A DNA stretch of 64,000 bases from an uncultured Pelagibacteraceae bacterium (GCA_902595635.1 CACJQT010000001.1:74438-138437), one strand, 5' to 3'; positions 20,561 through 30,089 are shown, counted from the first letter of the stretch. Numbers and translations: made by a program. The notes: a model not told the origin generated them from the sequence alone.

Positions 20561-22387
20561 ATGACAACATCAATACGTAACATCACCATAATTGCTCATG
20601 TTGACCATGGCAAGACTACTTTGATTGATAACTTAATGAAACAGAGTGGTTCTTTTAGAGAAAATGAAGTTGTTGATGAAAGACTGATGGACTCCGGCGA
20701 ACTTGAAAAGGAAAGAGGTATTACAATTCTTGCCAAACCAGCTTCAATAAATTGGAAAGATTCTAGAATTAATATTATTGATACACCTGGACACAGGGAT
20801 TTTGCTGCAGAAGTTGAAAGAGTTCTTAGTATGGCTGATGGTGCATTATTATTAATAGATTCAGCCGAAGGGGTAATGCCTCAAACTAAATTTGTATTAG
20901 CTAAAGCACTTAAACAAGGCCTTAAACCAATCGTAGTTATTAATAAATTAGATAAAGCTGACCAAAGAGCCGATGAAGTTTTAAATGAGACTTTTGACTT
21001 ATTTGTAAGCTTAGATGCCAACGAAGAGCAATTAGACTTTCCAGTTATTTACGCAAGTGGAAGATCTGGCTGGGCATCTAACGAAATAGATGGCCCAAGA
21101 GAGAACTTAAATCCATTATTAGATTTAGTAATAGATCATGTAAAGCCAGCAGAATTTGACAAGTCCAAGCCTTTTGCAATGCTTTCGACTCTTTTATATG
21201 CAGATAGTTTTCTAGGTAGAAGTTTAGTTGGTAGAATTTCACAAGGTACTGCAAAAGCAAATCAACAAATCAAGGCAATTAATCTTGATGGAGAAAAAGT
21301 TGATGAGGGAAGGTTGACTAAAATATTTAGATATGAGGGGACAAAAAAAGTACCAATAGAAGTTGGCGAAGCTGGAGATATTGTAGTTATCGCTGGATTA
21401 GAAAAAGCAAATGTTGCTGACACAATATGTGATACTGAGGTAGATATACCAATTCAAGCAACCCCGATTGATCCTCCAACGATGTCTATTAAGATTACAG
21501 TAAATAGTTCTCCATTAGCTGGAACTGAGGGTAAAAAACTTACAAGTACTCAAATTAGAGAGAGATTAGTTCAAGAAGCTCAAAATAATGTCGGGATTTC
21601 ATTTTCAGAAAATGAAAACAAAGATTCATTTGAAATAAGCGGAAGAGGTGAATTGATGTTGGAAATATTATTGACACAAATGAGACGTGAAGGGTTTGAA
21701 ATGACAGTAAGCCCTCCTAGAGTTTTATTTCAAAAAAATGAAAATGGTGAAAAATTAGAACCCATTGAAGAAATTACTATGGATCTTGACGAAGAGTTTT
21801 CTTCAAAAGTTATAGACTCCATGAATAAAAGAAAAGGAAAGTTAATAGATCTTAAAGATACAGGAAAAAATAAAAAACGATTAATCTTTCATGCACCAAC
21901 TAGAGGTTTAATGGGATACACTAGTAGATTTCTTACTCTAACTAAAGGAACAGGAGTAATAAACAGAATATTCCATTCCTATGGAAAATTTGAGGGAGAT
22001 ATGGAAGGCAGAAGAAATGGTGCATTAATTTCTATGGAGCAAGGAAAAGCAGTAGCATTTGCAATTTATAATCTACAGGCAAGAGGAGAAATGTTTGTTA
22101 CTCATAACGATCCAGTTTATTCAGGTATGATTGTGGGATTATCACCTAAACCTGGTGATATGATTATAAATGTCATGAAAGGTAAAAAACTTACAAATAT
22201 GAGGACACAAGGAACAGATGAAAATGTTGTTTTAACTCCCGTAAGAAAGATGTCTATTGCTGAACAATTGAGTATGTTAAATTCTGATGAAGCACTAGAA
22301 ATTACACCAAATTCATGCAGATTAAGGAAAGCTGTGCTTGATCCTCACGAGAGAAAAAAGCTCTCTAAATTATCTGAAGCTTCTTAA
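20561..22387 (+). CDS. typA: Translational GTPase TypA/BipA
   Basis: AHVDHGKTT, ERGITI, DTPGH, NKLD, GRGEL and KKLTNMR motifs. Confidence 0.97.
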   Translation: MTTSIRNITIIAHVDHGKTTLIDNLMKQSGSFRENEVVDERLMDSGELEKERGITILAKPASINWKDSRINIIDTPGHRDFAAEVERVLSMADGALLLIDSAEGVMPQTKFVLAKALKQGLKPIVVINKLDKADQRADEVLNETFDLFVSLDANEEQLDFPVIYASGRSGWASNEIDGPRENLNPLLDLVIDHVKPAEFDKSKPFAMLSTLLYADSFLGRSLVGRISQGTAKANQQIKAINLDGEKVDEGRLTKIFRYEGTKKVPIEVGEAGDIVVIAGLEKANVADTICDTEVDIPIQATPIDPPTMSIKITVNSSPLAGTEGKKLTSTQIRERLVQEAQNNVGISFSENENKDSFEISGRGELMLEILLTQMRREGFEMTVSPPRVLFQKNENGEKLEPIEEITMDLDEEFSSKVIDSMNKRKGKLIDLKDTGKNKKRLIFHAPTRGLMGYTSRFLTLTKGTGVINRIFHSYGKFEGDMEGRRNGALISMEQGKAVAFAIYNLQARGEMFVTHNDPVYSGMIVGLSPKPGDMIINVMKGKKLTNMRTQGTDENVVLTPVRKMSIAEQLSMLNSDEALEITPNSCRLRKAVLDPHERKKLSKLSEAS

Positions 22388-22392
22388 AATTA

Positions 22393-22848
22393 TTATTCAG
22401 ATTTATTTTTTGTAAAAGGCAGCCACTTTTCAAACGCTGATTTACTAGGCCCATCATATGGAATTGAGTAAGAGTTTGTTCTTGTCAATACTTCAATTCC
22501 TTTTGAGAAAACGAAAATAAAAACTATGACAAAAACAATTGTCATTATTTTAAATGGATCAAAATTTTTTGTCTTAAAAACACTAACAGCTTTTGCTTCA
22601 GCTCTATGAAATTGTTTAAACGTATAATAAACAGCAAATATTAAACCTATATGAGCAACATATGTCCCTGCCCAACCAAATGCAAAAGTAGCATAAGAAA
22701 ATACGTATAAACTAAATACTGTTGTCCATATAAAACTCAAAACTAATAATATTTGTAGTCTCACAGTTTTGGGAAGGGCTCTTAAATCATTTTTACTATC
22801 GTCAAATAGTATATTCGCTGATTCTTTCATCCAATTTTTTATAGACAT
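22393..22848 (-). CDS. Hypothetical membrane protein (about 3 TM helices)
   Basis: 151-aa ORF with hydrophobic segments; fills the gap between typA and the YczE gene. Confidence 0.75.
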   Translation of the reverse strand: MSIKNWMKESANILFDDSKNDLRALPKTVRLQILLVLSFIWTTVFSLYVFSYATFAFGWAGTYVAHIGLIFAVYYTFKQFHRAEAKAVSVFKTKNFDPFKIMTIVFVIVFIFVFSKGIEVLTRTNSYSIPYDGPSKSAFEKWLPFTKNKSE

Positions 22849-22908
22849 AATTTATATTTACAATTTTTATTCAATATTAACAATCGACTAATTGTCCACT
22901 AAAAACAT

Positions 22909-23556
22909 TTACTTCGTAACTTTATCCACAATATAAATTCCTAAAGCTACTGCAGGACCTATACCAAATGCAAATATTATAGTACCCAAACCAACAGTTC
23001 CTCCTAAATACCAACCAGATATAACAGCTGAAATTTCCAAAGTAGCTCGAATTAAAGCAATAGGAAGTTGAGTTTTTTTTGTTAGACCTGTCATCAATCC
23101 ATCTCTTGGACCAGGACCTAAATTTGAAATTAAATATATCCCACTTCCTAGACCGACAAGCAAAACAGAAAATACAGCAAGAATATATTTTGAAAAAGTA
23201 GCTAAAGGAGGATCAAAAAGAAAAAGTGTCAAATCGATTATCGTTGCTATAATTAAAATATTTAGAATTGTACCAATTCCTGGTTTTTGTTTTAGTGGAA
23301 ACCAAAACCCTAAAACAATAATACTTATTATGAATGTAGATAATCCGATCGAAATATTTAATATGTTTGATAACCCTTCTGCAAGAACAGACCATGGAGA
23401 ATTACCAGTAGTAGAAACTAATAAAAGACCCTCTCCCAACCCAAACAAAGATAAACCAACACATAAAAGTAAAAAAGTTGTAAATTTAGGTTTTAAATTT
23501 AAAGGTTTTTCTGAGCTCCAAGATTTTGAGGGGATATTTTTAATGGTTAAAAACAT
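22909..23556 (-). CDS. YczE/YitT family membrane protein
   Basis: G.SPW.VL..G, GIGTILN, LGPGPRDGLM and GTVG.GT motifs. Confidence 0.85.
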   Translation of the reverse strand: MFLTIKNIPSKSWSSEKPLNLKPKFTTFLLLCVGLSLFGLGEGLLLVSTTGNSPWSVLAEGLSNILNISIGLSTFIISIIVLGFWFPLKQKPGIGTILNILIIATIIDLTLFLFDPPLATFSKYILAVFSVLLVGLGSGIYLISNLGPGPRDGLMTGLTKKTQLPIALIRATLEISAVISGWYLGGTVGLGTIIFAFGIGPAVALGIYIVDKVTK

Positions 23557-23635
23557 AATTCTTTAGACTATTTATCTTTTAAACATAAAAATTCTATATA
23601 AAGTTCAAACAATTTAATTAAATTGATATGAAATA

Positions 23636-24313
23636 ATGAGAAAATTCTTAGTAATATTGTTGGTTTTATCTCCTCTTTTTTTGCAAGCACATACTGACCA
23701 CTATAAAAATTATACAAACATAGAAATGGAGATATTTAAAGATGATGAAAAAATTGGAGAAAGTATTTACACATTTAAAAAAGAAGAAAATAAATTTATT
23801 GTTAAAAATAAGACTAATTTCAATGTAAAATTATTGGGTGTTACAGTGTTCTCCATAAATAGTAGAGGTACTGAAGAATATATTGGAGACCAATTAATTT
23901 CATTTAACTCAGAAACATTTCAAAACAATAAGAGAAAATATGTAAATTTAATTTTTGATGAAAAAAAAGAGAAGTTTATAATTGATGGTTCATCATATAA
24001 GGGTGAGGCGGATAAAGAAAATATAATCGGCCATTGGTGGAATCATAGAATTTTGCAAACTGAAACACAAATAAGTCCATTATCTGGAAGTGTAAAAAAA
24101 CAAAACATAGAATTTTTAGGAAAAGAAAAAATTAAACTTTATAATAAAGAATATGATGTAGAACACTTTAGACTATTTTCTACTAACCCAAATCTACCTG
24201 ATGATAAAAAATTAAATTTTGAAGTATGGTATGATAAGAAAAAAGCATTGATTATAAAAGTAGCTTATAAAAGAATGGGTTTATGGGAATATAGACTAAA
24301 AAAAATTCAATAA
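23636..24313 (+). CDS. Secreted/periplasmic protein, DUF6134-like
   Basis: Signal peptide, I....E.IG, WWN and VWYD-type beta-strand pattern. Confidence 0.65.
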   Translation: MRKFLVILLVLSPLFLQAHTDHYKNYTNIEMEIFKDDEKIGESIYTFKKEENKFIVKNKTNFNVKLLGVTVFSINSRGTEEYIGDQLISFNSETFQNNKRKYVNLIFDEKKEKFIIDGSSYKGEADKENIIGHWWNHRILQTETQISPLSGSVKKQNIEFLGKEKIKLYNKEYDVEHFRLFSTNPNLPDDKKLNFEVWYDKKKALIIKVAYKRMGLWEYRLKKIQ

Positions 24314-25630
24314 TTATTTTCCCGCTACTGTCATTTGATTAATCAAAAGTGTAGGTGCATTTGTAGAGTATTTCATCTCTAAATCGTTTGCCAAAGTAAT
24401 ATTCTTGAACATTTCCTTAAAATTTCCAGCAATAGTTATTTCACTTACTGGGTAAGTTAATTCTCCATCCTCAACCATAAATCCTGACGCTCCAACTGAG
24501 TAATCTCCTGTAATAATATTACCTCCATGGCCTATAGTCTCAGTTATGTATAGAAACTTCTTTTCTGAATTTAGCAAATCCTTAAAACTTAAGGCACCGT
24601 TTTCAAAGTATAAGTTTGTTGTTCCTCCAGACCTACCGTTAGATTTTAAATTTAACTTTTTACCATAATAAGTATCAATTAAATAATTTTTTAAAATGCC
24701 ATTCTCAACTAGTTTCAGAGAATTTGTTTCAACACCCTCGCTATCAAAATTTTGAGAACCTAATCCTTTTTCAATTTTTGGATCATCTATGATATTAATT
24801 GAATTTGGAAAAACTTCAGAATTGATTTGATCTTTTAAAAAAGAAGTTCCTCTTGCAATAGCACTCGCACTAATTGCACTTGCTAGTGTACTTAATATAC
24901 CTTTGGAAATTCTTTTATCGAATATTACTCCAATTTTTTCACTCTTAATTTTTTTTGGACCTAACTTTTTTATTGCTTTGTTGGCAGCTATTTTTCCAAT
25001 TTCTTCTGGTTTCATCATATCTTGCAAGAATCTTGTGCTACCAAACTCATAATCTCTTTCCATTGCACCATTAATTCTTGATACTGCTACACATGAAGAC
25101 GAAAAATTTGAGGTTTTGTATCCACCTAAAAAACCATTACTATTTGCGAGTATAAAATTATTTTTATTTTCGGTAAAACCAGCTTCAGTATTAACTATTT
25201 TTTCGTCCGTTGATGCTGTCTCTTCAACTTTTTTTAAAAATTCAATCTTTTTATTATTTGGATAATGTGTTTCATCATAAAGATTAAGGTCTCTTATCTC
25301 TTTAGACATTAAATCTTTATCTGGTAATGAATTATTTTCATCTGATGGGGTGATTTTTGTAGCATCAATACAACGTTCTATTAGTTTTTCTAAGTTTGAT
25401 TTAGATAGATCTGATGAATTAATGCTTGATTTTTTTTTCTCTATATAAGTAGTTAAATTGACAGCAAAACTATCTGCTCTATTTGACTCGTCTAATTTTT
25501 TGTTTCTAAAACTAACATTTTCTGAGACAGAGTGAATTACTTTTACACCCACATCTGTTGCTCCTAGTTTTTTAGAGTTTTCAATACAAAAAGACGCTAT
25601 ATCTTTTAAAAATTCCTGATCCTTTATCAT
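24314..25630 (-). CDS. pmbA: Metalloprotease PmbA/TldE
   Basis: MERDY, FDSEG, TGDYS.GASG and EITIAGN; no HExxH. Confidence 0.92.
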   Translation of the reverse strand: MIKDQEFLKDIASFCIENSKKLGATDVGVKVIHSVSENVSFRNKKLDESNRADSFAVNLTTYIEKKKSSINSSDLSKSNLEKLIERCIDATKITPSDENNSLPDKDLMSKEIRDLNLYDETHYPNNKKIEFLKKVEETASTDEKIVNTEAGFTENKNNFILANSNGFLGGYKTSNFSSSCVAVSRINGAMERDYEFGSTRFLQDMMKPEEIGKIAANKAIKKLGPKKIKSEKIGVIFDKRISKGILSTLASAISASAIARGTSFLKDQINSEVFPNSINIIDDPKIEKGLGSQNFDSEGVETNSLKLVENGILKNYLIDTYYGKKLNLKSNGRSGGTTNLYFENGALSFKDLLNSEKKFLYITETIGHGGNIITGDYSVGASGFMVEDGELTYPVSEITIAGNFKEMFKNITLANDLEMKYSTNAPTLLINQMTVAGK

Positions 25631-25635
25631 TTAGA

Positions 25636-27048
25636 TTAAAGTTTTGTTCCACCAACAGTCATCTTGTTTATAAGAATTGACGGCTGAGCTACTCCTACTG
25701 GAACACCTTGTCCAGCTTTCCCGCATGTTCCAATACCTGGATCTAATTTCATATCATTACCGACTAGTGAAACTTCTTTTAAAATTGATGGTCCATCTCC
25801 AATTAATGTAGCTCCTTTGATTGGTGATCCTATTTTACCATTATTGATTTCGTATGCTTCTGTGCAGTTAAAGACAAATTTTCCTGATGTTATGTCTACT
25901 TGTCCTCCCCCAAAACTTACAGCGAAAATACCTTTATCAACTGAACTTATCATTTCATCTTGTGAATATTTACCTGACAACATCATTGTATTTCTCATTC
26001 TTGGTAAAACCACATGTTTATAACTTTCTCTTCTTCCGCTACCTGTTGACTTAGTTCCCATCAAACGAGCGTTTAAACGGTCTTGCATATAGTTTTTTAA
26101 AATTCCATTTTCTATTAAAACTGTATTTTCAGTAGGCGTTCCTTCATCATCTATCGTTAAACTTCCTCTTCTTTGATGTAAGGTGCCGTCATCTACAATC
26201 GTAACTCCTTCGCTAGCTACTTGCTGCCCCATTAAATTATGAAAAGCTGAAGTTTTTTTTCTATTAAAATCACCCTCAAGACCATGTCCGATCGCTTCGT
26301 GAATTAAAATTGCTGGCCATCCAGGACCTAAAACAACTTTCATTTCTCCTGCTGGCGCTGGTTTGCTTTCTAAATTCACATTTGCGATTCTAAAAGCTTC
26401 ATCACAAACATCTTTCCAGCTTCCATCTTTTAGATAATCATCATAACTTTGTCTTCCTCCAACTCCATAAACACCTGTTTCTTTTTTTCCATCTTTCTCT
26501 AATACTACGGAAACGTTGAATCTGACTAATGGTCTATCATCTTTCAAAACTTGATTATCAGACCTAATAATTTCTATTGATTTATGTTCACCTAAAAAAT
26601 TTGCTGTTACTTGATTTACAATTGATCCTTTTGATCTTAAATAGTTATTAACACTGTTCAGCAAATCTATCTTTGAGTCGAAAGTCTTGCTTTCTATAGG
26701 ATTAATGTTTTCGTAATATTTGCTATTAGTTTTAGGAATTTCGTGATTATAGGTTCCTTTTTTTGACTTTAACGTATCTTTTAAATTCTCGCTTGATTTT
26801 CTTAGTGATTCTTTTGAAATATCATTAGAATGAGAGTAAGCAACAACCTCTCCTGTTACAGCTCTGAAACCATATCCTTGATCAGAGTTATAAGTTGAGC
26901 TCTTTATTTTATTATCATCTAAAACAATAGATTCAGATTTATGATTTTCTAAATATAATTCTCCGTCATCACAATTTTTTAAGGTTTCAGTAACAATTGC
27001 TTCAGCTTGTGATGTATCTATATCTGTTTCTTTGAAGAAATTTGACAT
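25636..27048 (-). CDS. tldD: Metalloprotease TldD
   Basis: HEAIGHGLEGDFNRK, DDEG, PRMRNT and CGKAGQ.VPV motifs. Confidence 0.96.
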   Translation of the reverse strand: MSNFFKETDIDTSQAEAIVTETLKNCDDGELYLENHKSESIVLDDNKIKSSTYNSDQGYGFRAVTGEVVAYSHSNDISKESLRKSSENLKDTLKSKKGTYNHEIPKTNSKYYENINPIESKTFDSKIDLLNSVNNYLRSKGSIVNQVTANFLGEHKSIEIIRSDNQVLKDDRPLVRFNVSVVLEKDGKKETGVYGVGGRQSYDDYLKDGSWKDVCDEAFRIANVNLESKPAPAGEMKVVLGPGWPAILIHEAIGHGLEGDFNRKKTSAFHNLMGQQVASEGVTIVDDGTLHQRRGSLTIDDEGTPTENTVLIENGILKNYMQDRLNARLMGTKSTGSGRRESYKHVVLPRMRNTMMLSGKYSQDEMISSVDKGIFAVSFGGGQVDITSGKFVFNCTEAYEINNGKIGSPIKGATLIGDGPSILKEVSLVGNDMKLDPGIGTCGKAGQGVPVGVAQPSILINKMTVGGTKL

Positions 27049-27133
27049 TTGAAGAATGTAGTAGTGATTATTAATATATCAACTGCTTATTTGGCACATT
27101 TGTAAAAATAAAATATTCAAATATAGTTTAATT

Positions 27134-27478
27134 ATGAAGGTTTTTTTTAACAATTCATGCAAAATCTGCAGAGCAGAAATTAATATTTATAAAAAAGAAA
27201 ACATAGAAAATTTGAATTGGATAGACATTACTAAAAATAAAAATGCTGAATTAGAAACAAAAAAAACTGATAAAGAGCTTTTGAGAAGACTTCATGTGGA
27301 ACAAGATGGAAAAATCTATGTGGGTATTGATGCTTTTTTACTTATTTGGAAAAGTATTCCAAAATACAAGTTTCTTTATAAATTTTTTAAACTCCCAGTC
27401 ATTTACCAATTATTTTATGTTGGATATGAAATTGTAGCGTTCTTTTTGTATTTAAAAAATAAACATCAACTAAACTAA
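27134..27478 (+). CDS. DCC family thiol-disulfide oxidoreductase (DUF393)
   Basis: FFNNSCKICRAE, LH......G.DAF..IW pattern. Confidence 0.8.
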   Translation: MKVFFNNSCKICRAEINIYKKENIENLNWIDITKNKNAELETKKTDKELLRRLHVEQDGKIYVGIDAFLLIWKSIPKYKFLYKFFKLPVIYQLFYVGYEIVAFFLYLKNKHQLN

Positions 27479-27768
27479 TGTTGAATAGCGTATAAAATTT
27501 GGGTTACAAAAGATAAAAATATAAAAAAAGAGAAAAATAAAATAAAATACATAACTGTAACTGCTCTATTTCTCTTTCTTCTTAAAATGACAAATTTTTT
27601 ATCATCAAGAAAAGAAATGTCTCTATCGCCTGGCACTGGATAATCATAACTCCATCTCCATAAAGACGAACCAAATCTTTTATCTAGTTTATTATAATAA
27701 TTTACCCAAGCCAATGACCACATAAACATTAAAAATAAAAATGTTAAAGCTAAAAAAGTTGAGAACAT
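27475..27768 (-). CDS. Small hypothetical membrane protein (2 TM helices)
   Basis: 97-aa ORF with N- and C-terminal hydrophobic helices; fills the gap exactly. Confidence 0.7.
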   Translation of the reverse strand: MFSTFLALTFLFLMFMWSLAWVNYYNKLDKRFGSSLWRWSYDYPVPGDRDISFLDDKKFVILRRKRNRAVTVMYFILFFSFFIFLSFVTQILYAIQH

Positions 27769-27800
27769 AAATATATTAAATTATATTAAATTTTTTTTAT

Positions 27801-28520
27801 ATGTCTATCTGGGGAAGTTTAATTGGGGGGATGATCGGTTTTTCTTTAGGTGGACCGTTTGGGATGCTATTAGGTTCCTTAATTGGTGGAAAAGTATCAA
27901 GATCAAGATCATCATTTAAATCTTTTGCACAACCTCAACAAGTTTTTGCATTAGCTCTTATAGTTTTATCAGCGAAACTCAGTAAAGCAGACGGTCAGGT
28001 TAGTAAAGAGGAATTAATAGCGGTAAAAGATAAACTCAAAATTCCAGAACATGAATTAGATCAAGTTGGAAAAATTTTTAATAAAGCTAAAGAAGAAAGC
28101 ACTGGTTACGAACCATATGCAAAACAAATAGCTCAGATCTATCAAGGAAATATAAATGTTTTGGAAGAAGTCATTAATATATTATTTTATATTGCAGAAG
28201 CTGATGGAAATATAAGTGATCAAGAATTTAGAATGATACAACATGTTTCCCAATTATTTGGTCTTAGTGATGCCCAGTTCAATGGAATAGTTGAGGGCAG
28301 GAAATCATCAGATAAACTCAATCCATATGTGGTATTAGAGAGCAAACCCGATGACAATCTTACAGATATTAGAAAAAGATATTTAAAATTAAGTAAAGAA
28401 CATCATCCAGATTTACTTCTAAGTAAAGGAGTTCCTCAGGAAGTTATTGAGGAAAGTAAAAAGAAAATAAGAGCTATTAATTCAGCCTGGGATCAAATTC
28501 AAAAGCTAAAGAGTAATTAA
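27801..28520 (+). CDS. djlA: DjlA-like co-chaperone (TerB-like domain plus C-terminal J domain)
   Basis: Gly-rich membrane anchor WG..IGG..GF..GGP.G, KADG.VS..E, HHPD J-domain. Confidence 0.88.
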   Translation: MSIWGSLIGGMIGFSLGGPFGMLLGSLIGGKVSRSRSSFKSFAQPQQVFALALIVLSAKLSKADGQVSKEELIAVKDKLKIPEHELDQVGKIFNKAKEESTGYEPYAKQIAQIYQGNINVLEEVINILFYIAEADGNISDQEFRMIQHVSQLFGLSDAQFNGIVEGRKSSDKLNPYVVLESKPDDNLTDIRKRYLKLSKEHHPDLLLSKGVPQEVIEESKKKIRAINSAWDQIQKLKSN

Positions 28521-29791
28521 AATTGCTCAGATTCTGTTGAGCCTGCCATTGCTGTTGTAGAGCTCTTTCCAGAACTTATTGTATTGGAAACTGCATCAAA
28601 ATAAGAAGTACCAACTTCTCGTTGGTGTTTAACACTGGTATATCCATCTTTTTCTCTAGCAAATTCATTTTGTTGTATTCTAGAGTAAGCAGTCATACCT
28701 TCCTTTTTATATTTTTCTGCTAGCTCAAAAATAGCAATATTTTGCGTATGGAAACCTGCTAAAGTTATAAATTGAAATTTATACCCCATCATTCCAATTT
28801 TAGTTTGAAATGTTGCAATTTCATCATCAGATAAATGTTTCTTCCAATTAAATGATGGAGAACAATTATAAGCTAACATCTTGCCAGGAAATTTTGCATG
28901 TATTGCATCAGCAAACTTTTTTGCTTCTTCTAAGTTAGGTGTTGCAGTTTCACACCATATTAAATCCGCGTAAGGTGCATAAGCTAACCCTCTTGAGATT
29001 GCTTGATCAATACCATCTTTTACATAATAAAAGCCTTCAGGTGATCTTTCTCCAGTTAAAAACGGTTTGTCATTTTCATCAAAATCGTTTGTTATTAGTT
29101 TCGCAGCGTTGGCATCTGTTCTTGCAAGAATAATGAGAGGAACGTCGGCAATATCAGCTGCCAATCTTGCTGCTTTTAGATTTCGGACCATGGTTCCAGT
29201 AGGAACAAGTACCTTACCGCCCATGTGTCCACATTTTTTTTCACTAGCTAGTTGGTCTTCAAAATGAACCCCAGCTGCGCCAGCTTTTATAAACTTTTTT
29301 GTTAGCTCAAATACATTTAACGGTCCACCAAATCCTGCTTCACCATCTGCAATAATTGGCAACATGTAATCAGTTCTTTCGCTGCTTTTCATATCTCCGT
29401 CTGCGATTTCCATATGTTGAATTTGATCCGCTCTAATTAAGGAATTATTCATAGACTCAACTAATTTAGGTGCGCTGTCGTAAGGATATAAAGATTGATC
29501 AGGATACATTTCTCCAGCGCTGTTTGCGTCTGCTGCAACTTGCCAACCACTTAAATAAATTGCTTTTAAACCTGCTTTTGCATGTTGAACCGCTTGATTT
29601 CCAGATAAAGACCCTAGTGTGTTTACATATGGCTCTGTATTTAACAATCTCCAGAGCTTTTGAGATTGCTGTTTACACATTGAATACTCAATTTTAATGG
29701 ATCCTCTTAACCTTTCTACTTCTTCTGGTTTATAATCCCTTTGTATTCCTGCAAATCTTTTCAACTCGTACGAGATTTTCTCGGCTGACAT
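28517..29791 (-). CDS. aceA: Isocitrate lyase
   Basis: [41 protein letters not shown] and HQREVG; strong SD AAAGGAGG. Confidence 0.98.
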   Translation of the reverse strand: MSAEKISYELKRFAGIQRDYKPEEVERLRGSIKIEYSMCKQQSQKLWRLLNTEPYVNTLGSLSGNQAVQHAKAGLKAIYLSGWQVAADANSAGEMYPDQSLYPYDSAPKLVESMNNSLIRADQIQHMEIADGDMKSSERTDYMLPIIADGEAGFGGPLNVFELTKKFIKAGAAGVHFEDQLASEKKCGHMGGKVLVPTGTMVRNLKAARLAADIADVPLIILARTDANAAKLITNDFDENDKPFLTGERSPEGFYYVKDGIDQAISRGLAYAPYADLIWCETATPNLEEAKKFADAIHAKFPGKMLAYNCSPSFNWKKHLSDDEIATFQTKIGMMGYKFQFITLAGFHTQNIAIFELAEKYKKEGMTAYSRIQQNEFAREKDGYTSVKHQREVGTSYFDAVSNTISSGKSSTTAMAGSTESEQF

Positions 29792-29817
29792 TATTCCTCC
29801 TTTAAAACTAATTCTTT

Positions 29818-29979
29818 TTACTTTTCGTTGTATTCTTCTGTAAACTCATTCATTCCACTTGATCCCCAATCGCAGTGGTCATCTCTTAAATAAACCCCTC
29901 TGCTTCTATGCTCTTGGTGCTCTTGGTGATTTGTAGTTTGAGAACTAGTTTCAATGTTTTTTATAGTATTCTTGTCCAT
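29818..29979 (-). CDS. Unlisted 53-aa small protein upstream of aceA: [53 protein letters not shown]
   Basis: Manual translation from ATG 29979 to TAA 29820-29818; GC-richer than neighbouring spacers; TATAAA 6 nt before the ATG; stop lies 26 nt before the aceA start. Confidence 0.7.
   Translation of the reverse strand: MDKNTIKNIETSSQTTNHQEHQEHRSRGVYLRDDHCDWGSSGMNEFTEEYNEK
29909..29928. repeat. 9-bp tandem duplication (TGCTCTTGG)x2 encoding HQE-HQE in the small ORF
   Basis: tgctcttgg tgctcttgg tg; repeat unit is a multiple of 3. Confidence 0.8.
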
Positions 29980-30089
29980 GTAAACTTTATAATTTACAAT
30001 ATTTACAAAATCTACAAAAAATGTTAAAAGTCTAGTAAATACAATAAATTTTTTGTAAATAATAATTTACAAAGTTTACATATAGTAAA
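29978..30089. promoter_or_regulatory. Divergent promoter with an array of TTT(A/G)(C/T)AAA-like boxes, putative RamB/ScfR operators
   Basis: TTTACAAT 29993, TTTACAAA 30002, TCTACAAA 30011, TTTGTAAA 30052, TTTACAAA 30066, TTTACATA 30075; 17/19-bp inverted repeat between 29978-29996 and 30063-30081. Confidence 0.7.

Noticed and set aside
29792-29979. Riboswitch (glycine or SAM-V) in the long aceA leader
   Set aside because: No recognisable aptamer core or terminator; an uninterrupted 53-codon ORF explains the region better
29993-30082. CRISPR-like or iteron/DnaA-box array
   Set aside because: Units are 8 bp with no unique spacers, no cas or rep gene is nearby, and they do not match TTATCCACA; better explained as operators
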